The notes under the pieces are model-generated. The model was not told the DNA's origin. It was given only the letters and a program-made list of their open reading frames with translations, and did not search any database. 64,000 nucleotides of DNA from an uncultured Acidobacteriota bacterium (GTDB taxonomy: Bacteria > Acidobacteriota > Vicinamibacteria > Vicinamibacterales > UBA2999). Positions within the stretch are counted from its first letter, which is position 1; every line of letters begins with the position of its first letter. The DNA lies in assembly GCA_963841905.1 (NCBI GenBank), contig CAWJEM010000023.1:984-64983 (forward strand), given 5' to 3'. Below, piece by piece: positions 18,245 to 29,549 of the stretch. The position numbers and the translations under genes are program-made.

Positions 18245-20662
18245 CTACTCTGTCCGTAGCGCTTGCACCGGATCGATGCGCGCGGCACGCAGCGCCGGTA
18301 CCAACGCGGCCACCGCTCCAACGCCAACGATTGCAAGGCCGCTGATGACGTAGGTCACGAGATCGAGCGACGGAACACCGAAGAGAAGACTCTGAAGCGA
18401 TCGGCCAGCGACCGCAGCGCCCGCTAACCCGAGAGCGACCCCCAGCAGGACGATCTTCAACGCACCACCCACCACCAACCGGAAGGTCCCCGGGGCATCG
18501 GCACCGAGCGCCATTCGGACTCCAATTTCAGCGGTTCGCCGAGCGACAGAGTAGGTCACAACGCCGTACACACCGACCGCCGCCAGCAGTGCAGCGCACA
18601 GGGCAAGCGACACGAGGAGCGTCATGTTGAACCGTGGCTGGGCGATGGATCCCGACACGAGATCTTCGATCTTCGAAACCTTGACGATCGGCAGCGCCGG
18701 ATCGAGCGCCGCCAGCTCGCGCTTGACACCCTGCACGATCGCATCGGCCCCTTCCGTCGAGGCGATGACAATCTGCATCTCGGTGAGCGGAAACTGAAAA
18801 TACGGCACGAACACTTCGGCCTGCGCATTGCCCTGAAGCCCATCGTGCTTGATGTCAGCAACGACGCCAACGATGTGCAGATCGCCGGCCATAGGCATCT
18901 TCACGCGCTGCCCGATGGGATCGACGGCACTGAAGTACCGCTTGACGACCGACTCATTGACGATGGCGACCTTCGGACCGTTTTCTCGTCCATCGAACCG
19001 ATCGAATGCGCGGCCTCTCGTCAGCCGGATCCCCATCGTCTGGAAGTAATCGCCAACCACCGCGCGATAGCGGGCACGGGGACGTTCGGTCGGCGATGTG
19101 GTCTCGAGCCCCTCGATCGTGAACGGCAGGTCGAACTGAACGCCGAGCGGACTCATCGGCAGAGCAGAGACCGCCGCGGCGCGCCCGACACCGTGGACGT
19201 CTTTGACTCGTTCGACGAGGGTGTCGAACAACTGGCGCTTCGAAGACGGATCGGGATAGCGGCTCGCCGGCAACGCGATATGGGCCGCAATCACGTTCGA
19301 TGTGCGGTAGCCCGGGTCAACCGATGTCAAGCGTGCGAAACTTCGAATCAGCAGACCCGCACTGACGAGCAACATGAGCGCGAGCGCAACTTCGGCGGCG
19401 ACCATCATGTTGGAAAAGCGTCGAGTGGCGCGACTGGCGGTCGCTCCACGGCTGGCGTCCTGCAGGATCTCGACGAGGTTGGGTCGCATGGCACGCCATG
19501 CCGGGACAAGACCGACAAGAAGTCCCGATGCGATGGTTGTGATGGCCGTGAACCCGAGCACCGGCAGATCGAGACCGATGCTGTAGGCGCGCGGCACGTT
19601 TGGCGGAATCAATGGACGTAACAGCACCGTCCCCCACCACGCCAGCAGCAGCCCGACAACCCCGCCGGCGAGCGTGAGGATGCTGCTCTCGACCAGCGAT
19701 CGCCGAACCAGTGCCCAACGGCCAGCGCCGAATGCGGCGCACAAGGCGAACCCCTTGGCGGCGCTCGAGGATCGCGCGAGCAAAAGGTTCGCGATGTTGG
19801 CGCAGGCGATCACGAGGACCAGCACGACCGCGCCAAACAGCACCCACAGTGTTTCGCCGATCCGGCCAACCACTTGCTCGTGCGCGGGAACGAGCGTGAC
19901 GCCCCACCCGGCGTTCGATTCAGGATTCTCGCGCGCGATCGCCGCGCTGATCGACGTCATCTCTTGTCGCGCCTGCTCGATCGTCACGCCGGGCGCCAAT
20001 CGGCCCACTGCCTGATAGAGGCGATGCGGCCGTGAAGCCAGCGCCCCCAGGTTGAGTGTGAGGGGTGACCACAACTCAACGTCGGGATCGCTCGCCGGAA
20101 ACTGAAAGTCGCGAGGCATGACGCCCACGATCGTGTGCGAGGCGTCGTCGAGTGTCATGACTCTGCCGAGAACGTTCGGATCTCCTCCGAAGCGGCGGAC
20201 CCACGCGCCGTGGCTCAACACGACCTGACGCGAGTCGGTCCCGGGATTTTCCTCGGCGTCCGTGAACGTCCGGCCCAGAAGTGGGGGCACGCTCAGCGCT
20301 CGAAACAGCACGGGCGACACGTCGACGGTGATCAGTCGTTCGGCCTCGCCAGCGCCGGTCAGCGTGTAGCCGCGGTATCGAAAGATTCCAATGCTTGTGA
20401 AGGTGCGGGTCCGGACGCGCCAATCCAGATGGGTCGCAGCCGCAACCTGTGAACGGTCGATTCCCTGCGATGCGTTGGTTTCCCAGATGCCGACCAGCTG
20501 CTCAGGCTCGCCATAGGCCAGCGGCCGGAGCAGGACGCCATTCAGGACGCTGAAGATCGTGGAATTGACGCCAATCGCCAGGCCCAGCGTCAACACGATG
20601 ACGGCTGCAAATCCAGGATTCGTGGAGAGGAACCGCATCGCCTCGCGAATGTCGTTTTTCAC
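18245..20662 (-). CDS. ADOP-family duplicated FtsX/MacB-like ABC transporter permease (copy 2)
   Basis: 805 aa. It differs from copy 1 at 8 residues, counted from the provided translations. Confidence 0.9.
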   Translation of the reverse strand: MKNDIREAMRFLSTNPGFAAVIVLTLGLAIGVNSTIFSVLNGVLLRPLAYGEPEQLVGIWETNASQGIDRSQVAAATHLDWRVRTRTFTSIGIFRYRGYTLTGAGEAERLITVDVSPVLFRALSVPPLLGRTFTDAEENPGTDSRQVVLSHGAWVRRFGGDPNVLGRVMTLDDASHTIVGVMPRDFQFPASDPDVELWSPLTLNLGALASRPHRLYQAVGRLAPGVTIEQARQEMTSISAAIARENPESNAGWGVTLVPAHEQVVGRIGETLWVLFGAVVLVLVIACANIANLLLARSSSAAKGFALCAAFGAGRWALVRRSLVESSILTLAGGVVGLLLAWWGTVLLRPLIPPNVPRAYSIGLDLPVLGFTAITTIASGLLVGLVPAWRAMRPNLVEILQDASRGATASRATRRFSNMMVAAEVALALMLLVSAGLLIRSFARLTSVDPGYRTSNVIAAHIALPASRYPDPSSKRQLFDTLVERVKDVHGVGRAAAVSALPMSPLGVQFDLPFTIEGLETTSPTERPRARYRAVVGDYFQTMGIRLTRGRAFDRFDGRENGPKVAIVNESVVKRYFSAVDPIGQRVKMPMAGDLHIVGVVADIKHDGLQGNAQAEVFVPYFQFPLTEMQIVIASTEGADAIVQGVKRELAALDPALPIVKVSKIEDLVSGSIAQPRFNMTLLVSLALCAALLAAVGVYGVVTYSVARRTAEIGVRMALGADAPGTFRLVVGGALKIVLLGVALGLAGAAVAGRSLQSLLFGVPSLDLVTYVISGLAIVGVGAVAALVPALRAARIDPVQALRTE

Positions 20663-20948
20663 GGCGCTCTTTTATACCTCGACGAGGTGCATACGGGGCT
20701 GTTCGATCAATCCGATGAAAAGCGACTGGCGCTGTGGAACCACTGGAACGACAAGCTTCCACAGAACCCCTTCGTCCTCCGACAGCTTCGAGCGCAACCG
20801 GCTTCAACTCAATAGGTTACGGTCTGGGCAGTTCTACGCTTCCTACACGATCTGCACAGCGCTTGAAATTTTTTTTCGTGAAGTGTCGTAATTGGCCGTC
20901 CGAAGTCGATCTACCAGTTAGCGCCTCGATACGCACTGGAGGTTCGAC

Positions 20949-22490
20949 ATGTGGTCAACGACACGTTTGCCGTCGTCTGAATGGGCAGTCGCAGTCCGGG
21001 TTTCGGTTCTCTGCGTTGGTCTGTACGTGACGATCGGCACCGCAATCGCTTCAGGACAGCAGCCCGCCGCAGCTGCCACAACCTCGGACCACTTCGGGCG
21101 AATGTTCAACAATCTGCCACCGTTCGCGCCACAAAACCCCAGGGTCACGGAGGCGCTGATCGAGCTCGGGAGGCCCGGTGGCCTCATGGACGCCAACGAC
21201 GACCTGGACGCCGGCGCCTTCGAGCTGATCGTAAACCCGTTGCTCAACCTCCAAAATCCCAACAACGACGCTCATACGGCCGGCGTCACGTTCATGGGTC
21301 AGTTCCTCGACCACGACATGACGTTCGACACGACGTCTCGACTTGGCCAGCCCGCCAACCCGCGGACGTCGCGCAACTCGAGACGTCCGTACTTCGACCT
21401 GGACTCCGTCTACGGTGATGGTCCGGTCGGTTCGCCGCTGCTTTACGAGGCCTCGGATCGCGCGAAGCTGAAGGTTGAATCAAACGGGCCGTTCGAAGAT
21501 CTGCCGCGGGATGTCAACGGCACGGCCGTGATCGCCGATCCGAGGAACGACGAGAACCTTGTCATCAGTGGTCTTCAAGCGGCCTTTCTCCTCTTCCACA
21601 ATCGCGTCGTCGATCTCATTCGCGATGAGCATCCTGCGTGGGAAAGCGAGGACGTCTTCCGGGCGGCGCGGCGGCTTACGACCTGGCATTACCAGTGGAT
21701 GATTCTTCACGAGTTCGTGCCCGCTTTCACCGGCGCAGGAATGGTGAACGACGTGCTCGCGAACGGGTGCCGCTTCTACCAGCCGGAGAACGGCCACGCC
21801 TTCATTCCGGTCGAGTTCCAGATGGCCTACCGCTTTGGGCACAGCATGGTGAGGCCGTCCTATCGGGCGAACTTTACGGGCAGCGCCGGTGGCGCATTCT
21901 TTGCGATGCTCTTCGAAAGTCAAAATGGCACTGGTGAACCCAGCGATCTACGGGGTGGCTTCCGAAGTCCGCGGCGGTTCATCGGTTGGCAAACGTTCTT
22001 CCGATTCCCTGGCTTCGAAAGCGACGTGCGGCCCAACAAGCGTCTCGACACCAAGCTCTCGACGCCGCTTTTCGACTTACCACTCGGGGCCATCGCGTCA
22101 GGAGCACCTCCCACATCGCTGGCTGCGCGCAACCTTCTCCGCCACCTCACCTGGAAGCTGCCTTCCGGACAGATGATTGCCGAGGCCATGGGCGCTCCGG
22201 TGTTGACGGCAGCTCAACTTGCTGATCTGCAAACGATCTATCCACCGTTTGTCACTTCGACGCCGCTCTGGTTCTACGTGCTGAGAGAAGCCGACATCCT
22301 CGGTAATGGCGCTCACCTGGGACCGGTCGGCGGCCGCATCGTCGCTGAAGTCTTCATCGGATTGCTGCAGGCGGACCCGAACTCGTTCCTGAATCAGGAA
22401 CCACTGTTCACCCCCACGCTGGGTGAATCACCGGGCTCATTTGCCATGATTGATTTCCTGCGAGTTGCGGGCGTCTCGCCCAAGCGCTGA
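20949..22490 (+). CDS. Animal-type heme peroxidase family protein
   Basis: Motifs FMGQFLDHDMTF (distal His region), ADPRNDENLVISGLQAAFLLFHNRVV and FQMAYRFGHSMV (proximal His region). Confidence 0.8.
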   Translation: MWSTTRLPSSEWAVAVRVSVLCVGLYVTIGTAIASGQQPAAAATTSDHFGRMFNNLPPFAPQNPRVTEALIELGRPGGLMDANDDLDAGAFELIVNPLLNLQNPNNDAHTAGVTFMGQFLDHDMTFDTTSRLGQPANPRTSRNSRRPYFDLDSVYGDGPVGSPLLYEASDRAKLKVESNGPFEDLPRDVNGTAVIADPRNDENLVISGLQAAFLLFHNRVVDLIRDEHPAWESEDVFRAARRLTTWHYQWMILHEFVPAFTGAGMVNDVLANGCRFYQPENGHAFIPVEFQMAYRFGHSMVRPSYRANFTGSAGGAFFAMLFESQNGTGEPSDLRGGFRSPRRFIGWQTFFRFPGFESDVRPNKRLDTKLSTPLFDLPLGAIASGAPPTSLAARNLLRHLTWKLPSGQMIAEAMGAPVLTAAQLADLQTIYPPFVTSTPLWFYVLREADILGNGAHLGPVGGRIVAEVFIGLLQADPNSFLNQEPLFTPTLGESPGSFAMIDFLRVAGVSPKR

Positions 22491-22566
22491 TGAACGAATG
22501 GAGGGCCGCCGGGATCGCAAGCGGGCTTGTGTTAGCGTCTACTCGACCGAAACGTCGAGGACGCTC

Positions 22567-25500
22567 ATGAAACGAACGATGCTTGCCCTGGCGGTCGCGT
22601 GCGCCGCCTTCGCTGTCAACGCCCAGGAGCCTGCATCCACCGGAGACGCGCGGGAGCAGGATCCTTGGGCACCCGCGACCTTCGCCGATTTTCGACTGCG
22701 TGCGATTGGCCCCGCTCTGATGTCCGGCCGGATCAGCCAAATCGCCATCCATCCCGAGAGCAAGCAGACCTGGTACATCGGCGTGGCGTCCGGAGGCGTG
22801 TGGAAAACCACGAACGCCGGCATCACTTTCACGCCAGTCTTTCAGAACGAAGGCAGCTACTCCATCGGCACCGTTGTCGTCGATCAGAAGCACCCGGCCA
22901 CGATCTGGGTTGGCACCGGCGAGGCCAACAATCAGCGGAGCGTCGGCTACGGCGACGGCATCTATCGAAGCGACGATGCTGGTCGGACGTGGCGGAATCT
23001 GGGACTCAAAACGTCCGAGCACCTCGGACGCATCGTCATCGATCCACGTGATTCGAACGTGGTGTTCGCGGCCGCCTACGGTCCGTTGTGGAGGGCGGGC
23101 GGCGAACGCGGCCTGTACAAAACCACAGATGGCGGCGCCAACTGGAGCCGAAGTGCTCGAGATCAGCGAGAACACCGGCATCAGCGACGTCGCGATCGAT
23201 CCCGCGAATCCGGACGTGATGCTCGCCGTCGCGCATCAGAGACGACGGCATACCTGGACGTTGATTCACGGAGGACCCGAAAGCGGTCTGCACAAGTCGA
23301 TGGACGGCGGCAAGACCTGGCGGCGAATCCGTGCCGGCCTTCCGAGCGAGGACGTCGGCCGCATCGTGATCACGTTTTCAGCCGCCCAAAAAGGTCTCGT
23401 CTACGCGAAGGTGGAGTCCTCTGGACAGCCGGTGGCGCTCTATGCGTCGCTCGACTCCGGCGACAGCTGGGAGCGGCGCGGTAACGTGCAAGCGCAGCCG
23501 ATGTATTACAAGAACATTCACGCCGACCCGAAGGATCCCGACCGGGTGTATGTGCCGAGCGTGCAGACGCAAATCTCTGAAGATGGCGGGCGCACGTTCT
23601 CCCAACTCGGCGAGCGCAACAAGCACGTCGACAACCACTACCTCTGGATCGATCCCGACGACACGAATCATTTGCTCGAGGGGTGTGACGGAGGGCTGTA
23701 CGAAAGCTGGGATCGCGGCCGCCTCTGGCGTCACTTCACCAATCTCTCGGTGACCCAGTTCTACAATGTCGAGGTCGACAACGCGGCGCCAATCTATAAC
23801 GTCTACGGCGGGACACAGGACAACGCCACGTTGGGCGGCCCGTCGCGATCACGCACTCCGGACGGCGCGACCAACAACGACTGGTTCATCGTCACCGGCG
23901 GCGACGGCTTCGTGGCCCGGGTCGACCCGACCGATCCGAGCATCGTCTACGCCGAGTCGCAGTACGGCGGCATCGTCCGACTCGATCGACGGACGAGCGA
24001 GCGCGTGAACATCCGGCCAATCGAGGGCAAGGACGAAGCGGCGCTCCGCTTCAACTGGGAATCGCCCTTTGTGATCAGCCCGCACAGTCCCTCGCGACTG
24101 TATTTCGGCGCCAGTCGACTCTTTCGCAGCGACGATCGCGGCAACAGCTGGCGCGCCGTCAGCCCGGACCTTACTCGCCAGACCGACCGCAACCTTTTGC
24201 CGGTCATGGGTCGCGTGTGGCCGCCCGAAGCCGTCGCCCAGCATCAGTCGACGGCCACCTGGGGCAACATCTCAGCGCTCAGCGAGTCACGCAAGCGCGA
24301 AGGTGTGCTGTACACCGGAACGGACGATGGCGTGATTCAGTTTTCGCTCGATGGCGGCGCCAACTGGCGGAAGAGCGAGAACCCGCCAGGGCTACCCGAC
24401 TACGGCTCGTACGGCGTGTATGTGCAACGCTTGCAGGCGTCGAAGATCGACGAGAACGTGGTGTATGCGTTGTACGAGAACACCAAGAACGGCGACTTCA
24501 AGCCGTACATTTACAAGAGCACCAATCGAGGCGGGAGCTGGACCTCAATCGCCGGCGATCTGCCGGCCAACGGACCGGCGCTCGCCTTCGCGGAGGACCA
24601 CGTCAACCCGAACCTCCTGTTCGTCGGCACCGAGTTCGGCCTGTTCTTCACGGTGGACGGCGGGAACAAGTGGATTCGCTTGCGCACGAACCTTCCGACC
24701 ATCCCCGTGCGCGACCTTGCGATTCAAGAACGCGAGAACGATCTGGTGCTGGCGACGTTCGGCCGCGGTTTCTACGTCCTCGACGACTACTCGCCGCTGC
24801 GACAACTGACCGCGGACCTGTTTCAAAAGGACGGGCAGGTCTTTCCCGCCAAGCCGGCGGTGATTGAAGTGCCTGAGACCGGCAAGGCGCGTGGGTCCCA
24901 GGGCGAGCAACACTGGATGGCCGAGAACCCAGCGGAGGGTGCCGTGATTACTTACTGGGTTCGGGAATCGCCGCGCACCCTGCGTCAGCGCCGGCAGGAT
25001 GCCGCGCGTGGCGCGGAGCAGAAGAAGGCGACGCCGGCATATCCATCTCAAACCGACATCACGGCTGAAGAAGACGAAGAAGCGCCGCAGACGTTTCTGA
25101 CGATTAGCGACGCGTCCGGCAAGGTCGTGCGGAGACTCGTCGTCCCCGGCACCCGAGGCATTCACCGCTTTGCCTGGAATCTCCGTGGCGTGCCGGCAAC
25201 GCTCCCGGGCGCCGGTGGCGCGGTGGCCTGGCGGCGGGGGCGGCGGTCAAGGCGGGGCCGCGGGCGGCCCGTTCGTGCCGCCAGGGACCTATCGCGCATC
25301 GCTGTCGCGTCGATCCGGCGGGGTCACAACCGCACTCGGCGAAGCGCAGGCCATTACGGTCTCGGCCGATCCAGGAGTGACTTTGACACCGGCTGCGCGC
25401 ACCGCCGCGATCGAGTACCAGGACAAAGTCGCGAAGCTCCAGCGGGCCTTCACGGGTGCGCTCGAACAGGCGAACAACATGAAGACGCGCACGACTGCCA

Positions 25501-25856
25501 TCCGGCGCGCGATCGCGGACTCGACCGCCGACTTGAAGCTTCTGGACGAATCCGTGCGATTCGATCGACGGGTGACGGAAATCCAACGGGCGCTCCGCGG
25601 CGACGAGACCCTGAGAGGGCTCGAGTCAGGATCGCCTTCTTCGATTCAATCGCGCGTCAACTCCGCCGTCGCTGGGGGGCGAGGCTTGACCGGCGCACCC
25701 ACCGGCACGCAGCAGTCGAATTACACGATCGCATCTGACGAACTCGGCGCGGAGACGGCCAAGCTCAGGACACTGGAAGCAGAACTGAAGAAGTTCGAGA
25801 GCCAGCTCGAAGCGGCCGGCGTGCCTTATACGCCCGGGCGGTGGCCCGGGCAGTAG
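22567..25856 (+). pseudogene. Large secreted BNR/Asp-box (sortilin/VPS10-like) repeat protein with two frame breaks
   Basis: Signal peptide MKRTMLALAVACAAFAVNAQ (ATG 22567). At least 9 Asp-boxes, e.g. YRSDDAGRTW, YKTTDGGANW, HKSMDGGKTW, FRSDDRGNSW. The reading frame changes near 23146 and near 25215-25232, and the last segment ends at 25856. Confidence 0.8.
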
Positions 25857-26054
25857 GGTTGTCACCTCACCCTTTCTCCGACGCATCGTTGACGACCTCG
25901 CCGGCCGCAGTCTGGTTCGGGCCACACGCCAGCTCAACGACGCGACCGCATTCGCGCGGGACTGATGGTCCGAATTGCTGTGCTTCGACGTTATTCGGCG
26001 CCCCGTCGACGTCGCGTCACCGGCTGACATACAATTCTCGAGTTCCCCCGATTT

Positions 26055-26113
26055 CCGGCTAAGCCGGAAGCCACGACCGAACCATATTCGTGGCTTCCGC
26101 CTTCAGGCGGAAG
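26055..26113 (+). terminator. Three overlapping GC-rich hairpins
   Basis: CCGGC-TAA-GCCGG (26055-26067). GGAAGCCACGA..TCGTGGCTTCC (26066-26098, 11 bp). CTTCCGCC-TTCA-GGCGGAAG (26094-26113, 8 bp). Located between the BNR gene and arsC, with no T-tract. Confidence 0.35.
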
Positions 26114-26183
26114 TCCGACAGTGACGGGCCAATAGTCATTTAGCTGCCAGGTGGGCACCGTCGGATCGGTTGCGCAGGTAGCC

Positions 26184-26576
26184 ATGCGCATTCTCTTCTT
26201 GTGCGTCGCCAACTCCGCTCGTAGTCAGATGGCGGAGGGCCTCGCTCGCGCGCTGCTCGGCCAAGAAGTCGAGGTTCTGAGCGCCGGGTCGGCGCCTTCG
26301 CGGCTCAACCCGCAGGCCGTCAACGCGCTGAAAGAAATCGGCATCGACATCTCGCACCAGCGCTCGAAGGGCGTTGAGGCAATCGAGCCCGCCGGGATCG
26401 ACCTGGTGATTACGTTGTGCGCCGAGGAGGTGTGTCCCGTCTTCGTCGGACGCGCACGCAGACTCCACTGGGCGCTGCCGGATCCAGCCGCCGGAGGCGA
26501 CGTCGCGCCGCAGCGTTTTCGCGAGGTACGGGACGAGTTGAGGAGGCGAATTCTGCACCTGAAGGATAAACTGTAG
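26184..26576 (+). CDS. arsC: Arsenate reductase, LMW-PTPase type
   Basis: [19 protein letters not shown] contains the CX5R(S) P-loop. About 130 aa, with conserved downstream Cys residues (LCAEEVC). Confidence 0.8.
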   Translation: MRILFLCVANSARSQMAEGLARALLGQEVEVLSAGSAPSRLNPQAVNALKEIGIDISHQRSKGVEAIEPAGIDLVITLCAEEVCPVFVGRARRLHWALPDPAAGGDVAPQRFREVRDELRRRILHLKDKL

Positions 26577-26593
26577 CCTACGGTCTGAGCCGC

Positions 26594-27919
26594 GTGCCGA
26601 CTCCTCGTCTACGATTTGCCCCCTCACCCACCGGCTACCTGCATGTCGGCGGCGCTCGAACCGCACTCTTCAACTGGCTGTACGCGCGGCGTCATGGCGG
26701 CGTCTTCGTCCTGCGCATCGAGGACACCGATGTCGAACGATCGTCGGATGAAATGGTGTCGGGCATCCTCGACGGTCTGCGTTGGCTTGGCCTCGACTGG
26801 GACGAAGGGCCCGAGGTCGATGGCCCGCACGCACCGTATTTTCAGTCTCAGCGACTCGACAAGTATCGAACCGCGGCCCATCAACTTCTGACGCAGGGAC
26901 ACGCCTTCGAAGATGACGGCGCGATCCGCTACAAAGTGCCCGCGGGCAAGACGACGTTCGTCGATCAGGTCCACGGACCGATTGAGTTCGACAACGAGCA
27001 CATCGAAAACTTCGTGATCCTCCGATCCGACGGCCATCCGACCTATCACTTGTCCGTCGTGGTTGATGACATCGATATGGCGATCACGCATGTCGTCCGC
27101 GGCGACGACCACATTTCGAACACGCCCAAGCAGGTGCTGTTGTATCAGGCGTTTGGCGCGACCCTTCCCGCGTTTGCGCACGTGCCGTTGATCATGGGCC
27201 CTGACAAGAAGCGGCTGAGCAAGCGGCACGGCGCGACATCCGTGACAGAGTACGAGCGGCAGGGCTACATCCCGGAGGGAATGGTCAACTTCCTGTCGCT
27301 GCTCGGGTGGTCGCCGGGAACGGATGAAGAGTTGTTGACGATTGGTGAGCTCACCGATCGGTTCACGCTCGAGGGCATCAGCGGCGGCAACGCCGTCTTC
27401 AACACCGAAAAGCTGGACTGGTTCAACCACCAGCACCTGCTCAAGCTTTCGGACGAAGAACTGCTGACCCGACTCGTGCCCGGACTCGAAGCGGCTGGCC
27501 TATGGCGCCAGTCGCTGACCGGTGACGAATTCCCATGGATGCGCCGGGTTTTAGCGCTCTTGAAGCCGCGTGCAAAAAGGCTTCAGGACTACGTGGAGGG
27601 CGCTCGGCCCTTTTTGGCGGATCCGGAGTCTTATGATGCGGATGCGGTGGACAAACATCTCAAAGGACCAGACATGCGAAGCCATCTGGGAGCGCTTCGA
27701 GATGAGTTCAGCCGTGCGCCATTCGACGAGACGCCGCTCGAGCATCACTTGCGACACCTGGCGGAACAACGGGGTGTCAAGGCCGGGGCGATGATTCACG
27801 CAACGCGCATCGCGATGACGGGCCGGATGGTGAGCCCAGGTCTGTTCGAGATGCTGGTCGTGCTCGGGCGCGAGCGTGTTGTCGGTCGGCTCAATCGTTT
27901 GATCGAGTTTCTGGCATGA
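26594..27919 (+). CDS. gltX: Glutamate--tRNA ligase
   Basis: RFAPSPTGYLHVGGARTALFNW (HIGH-type motif) and KLSKRHG (KMSKS-type motif). GTG start. The stop overlaps the next ATG (ATGA). Confidence 0.9.
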   Translation: MPTPRLRFAPSPTGYLHVGGARTALFNWLYARRHGGVFVLRIEDTDVERSSDEMVSGILDGLRWLGLDWDEGPEVDGPHAPYFQSQRLDKYRTAAHQLLTQGHAFEDDGAIRYKVPAGKTTFVDQVHGPIEFDNEHIENFVILRSDGHPTYHLSVVVDDIDMAITHVVRGDDHISNTPKQVLLYQAFGATLPAFAHVPLIMGPDKKRLSKRHGATSVTEYERQGYIPEGMVNFLSLLGWSPGTDEELLTIGELTDRFTLEGISGGNAVFNTEKLDWFNHQHLLKLSDEELLTRLVPGLEAAGLWRQSLTGDEFPWMRRVLALLKPRAKRLQDYVEGARPFLADPESYDADAVDKHLKGPDMRSHLGALRDEFSRAPFDETPLEHHLRHLAEQRGVKAGAMIHATRIAMTGRMVSPGLFEMLVVLGRERVVGRLNRLIEFLA

Positions 27920-29530
27920 AACGTCGTGAGTTCATCAGCGGCCTCGGCGCGGCCGTCGCCGTCAGCACCACCAGGTCGAGCGCTCGCATGCGGAGGCAAA
28001 CTCCACCTGTGTACGACTTCATCGTCGTCGGCGCCGGCTCCGCCGGATGCGTCGTCGCTAATCGATTGAGCGCCGACCCGAAGACCCGCGTGTTGGTGCT
28101 CGAGGCGGGATCTGCCAACAGCTCCGACACCTCTATCATGACGCCCGGTCGGTGGCCGTCGTTGATCGGATCAGGATTCGACTGGGGCTACGCCACCGAA
28201 CCGGAGCCCGGACTTGGCAACCGCCGCCTGACGTTTCCTCGTGGCAAAGTGCTGGGCGGCTCGAGCGCCATCAACGCGATGACCTTCACTCGCGGGCACC
28301 GACTGGACTTCGACAACTGGCGTCGAGCGGGCAACGCCAGCTGGGGATACGACGATGTGCTGCCGGTGTTTCGACGGCTCGAGGACAATTCGCGCGGCGC
28401 GTCGCAGTACACAGGAGCGGGTGGCCCGCTGAGGGTCTCGGACTGTCTCGACCCGCACGCTGCGCACGAAGCGTTTTTGGCGGCAGCACGCGATCTGGGT
28501 TATCAGGCCGATCCCCACTGGGACTTCAGCCGCCCGCAGCCCGAAGGTGGTGCCGGGTACTACCAGAAAAACATCAAGGATGGCCGGCGCCACAGTGCGG
28601 CCGAAGCGTTTCTGCTCCCGATTCTGAAGCGATCCAACCTTCAAGTGATCACGCAGGCTCAGGCGACGAAGCTCGTGATCGAGAACGGGCGCGCGGTCGG
28701 CATCGAGTTCGCGCGTGATGGCAAGGTCGAGCGCGCCACCGCGACTCGCGAAGTGATCTTGTGCGGCGGTGTCATCGATTCGCCCAAGCTGCTGATGCAC
28801 TCCGGCATTGGACCGGCGGATCATCTCCGCGCACTTGGGATTCCAATCGTCAGCGACGTGTCGGGGGTTGGCTCGAATCTTCAGGACCATTTGAAGTTGT
28901 CGATCCGATGGAACGGACGAACGACGCTGCCGGCATCGACGGTCACGGCCGGCATGTTCGTCCGATCGCAACCGGGGGCGGGTGCCGAAGAGTCAACTCC
29001 GGATCTCCAGTTTTACGTCGGCCGTGGCGTCGATCAGCCGGACCGCTTCGTGACGATCACGGTTTCGCTGGTGCGCGTCGCGAGTCGCGGCCAGGTTCGC
29101 CTGCGGTCGACCGATCCGCTCGCAGCGCCGCTGATTCGCGGCAACTACCTGCAGGAGCAGGCCGACGTGAGGGCGCTGCTCGAAGGCATCCGGCTGGCGC
29201 GGGCGCTTGGCCAGTTCCGCGGCCTACGACTCGCTTCGCGCTGACGAGATCGAGCCGGGTCCATCGACAACGAGCGCGCCCGCGCTCGTCGAGTTCATGC
29301 GACGCGCCGCCGATACGATTTATCACCCCGCGGGCACCTGCCGCATGGGAACCGACACGCGATCGGTGGTCGACGCACGGCTCCGGGTACGGGGCGTGGA
29401 GGGACTGCGAATCGCAGATGCCTCGGTCATGCCGGATGTCGTGAATGCAACGACAAACGCGGCATGCGTGATGATTGGCTCCCGCGCGGCGGATTTCGTG
29501 TTGGGCGAAGGCGCGGAGCCGCCACAATAA
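27916..29530 (+). pseudogene. GMC-family oxidoreductase (choline dehydrogenase-like), Tat signal, one frame break
   Basis: MKRREFISGLGAAVA Tat signal and YDFIVVGAGSAGCVVANRL FAD motif. The C-terminal ADTIYHPAGTCRMG..RIADASVMP is in another frame (ORF 29207..29530). The break lies near 29205-29220 at a G-run. Confidence 0.8.
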
Positions 29531-29532
29531 GG

Positions 29533-29549
29533 CGGCGCCTTCGGCGCCG
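29533..29549 (+). terminator. Hairpin CGGCGCC-TTC-GGCGCCG just after the GMC stop
   Basis: 7-bp GC stem starting 3 nt after TAA 29528-29530. Confidence 0.4.

Larger units (their letters stand above)
14988..20678. repeat. Tandem duplication unit 2 (5691 bp)
   Basis: Begins with TCGACGA (14988-14994). The sequence after the unit again starts with TCGACGA (20679-20685) and then diverges. Gene order is the same as in unit 1, with scattered substitutions and small indels. Confidence 0.9.

Noticed and set aside
20663-20948. PadR-type regulator or other small gene upstream of permease copy 2
   Set aside because: Only short ORFs without recognisable motifs are present. The region is treated as non-coding 5' sequence.
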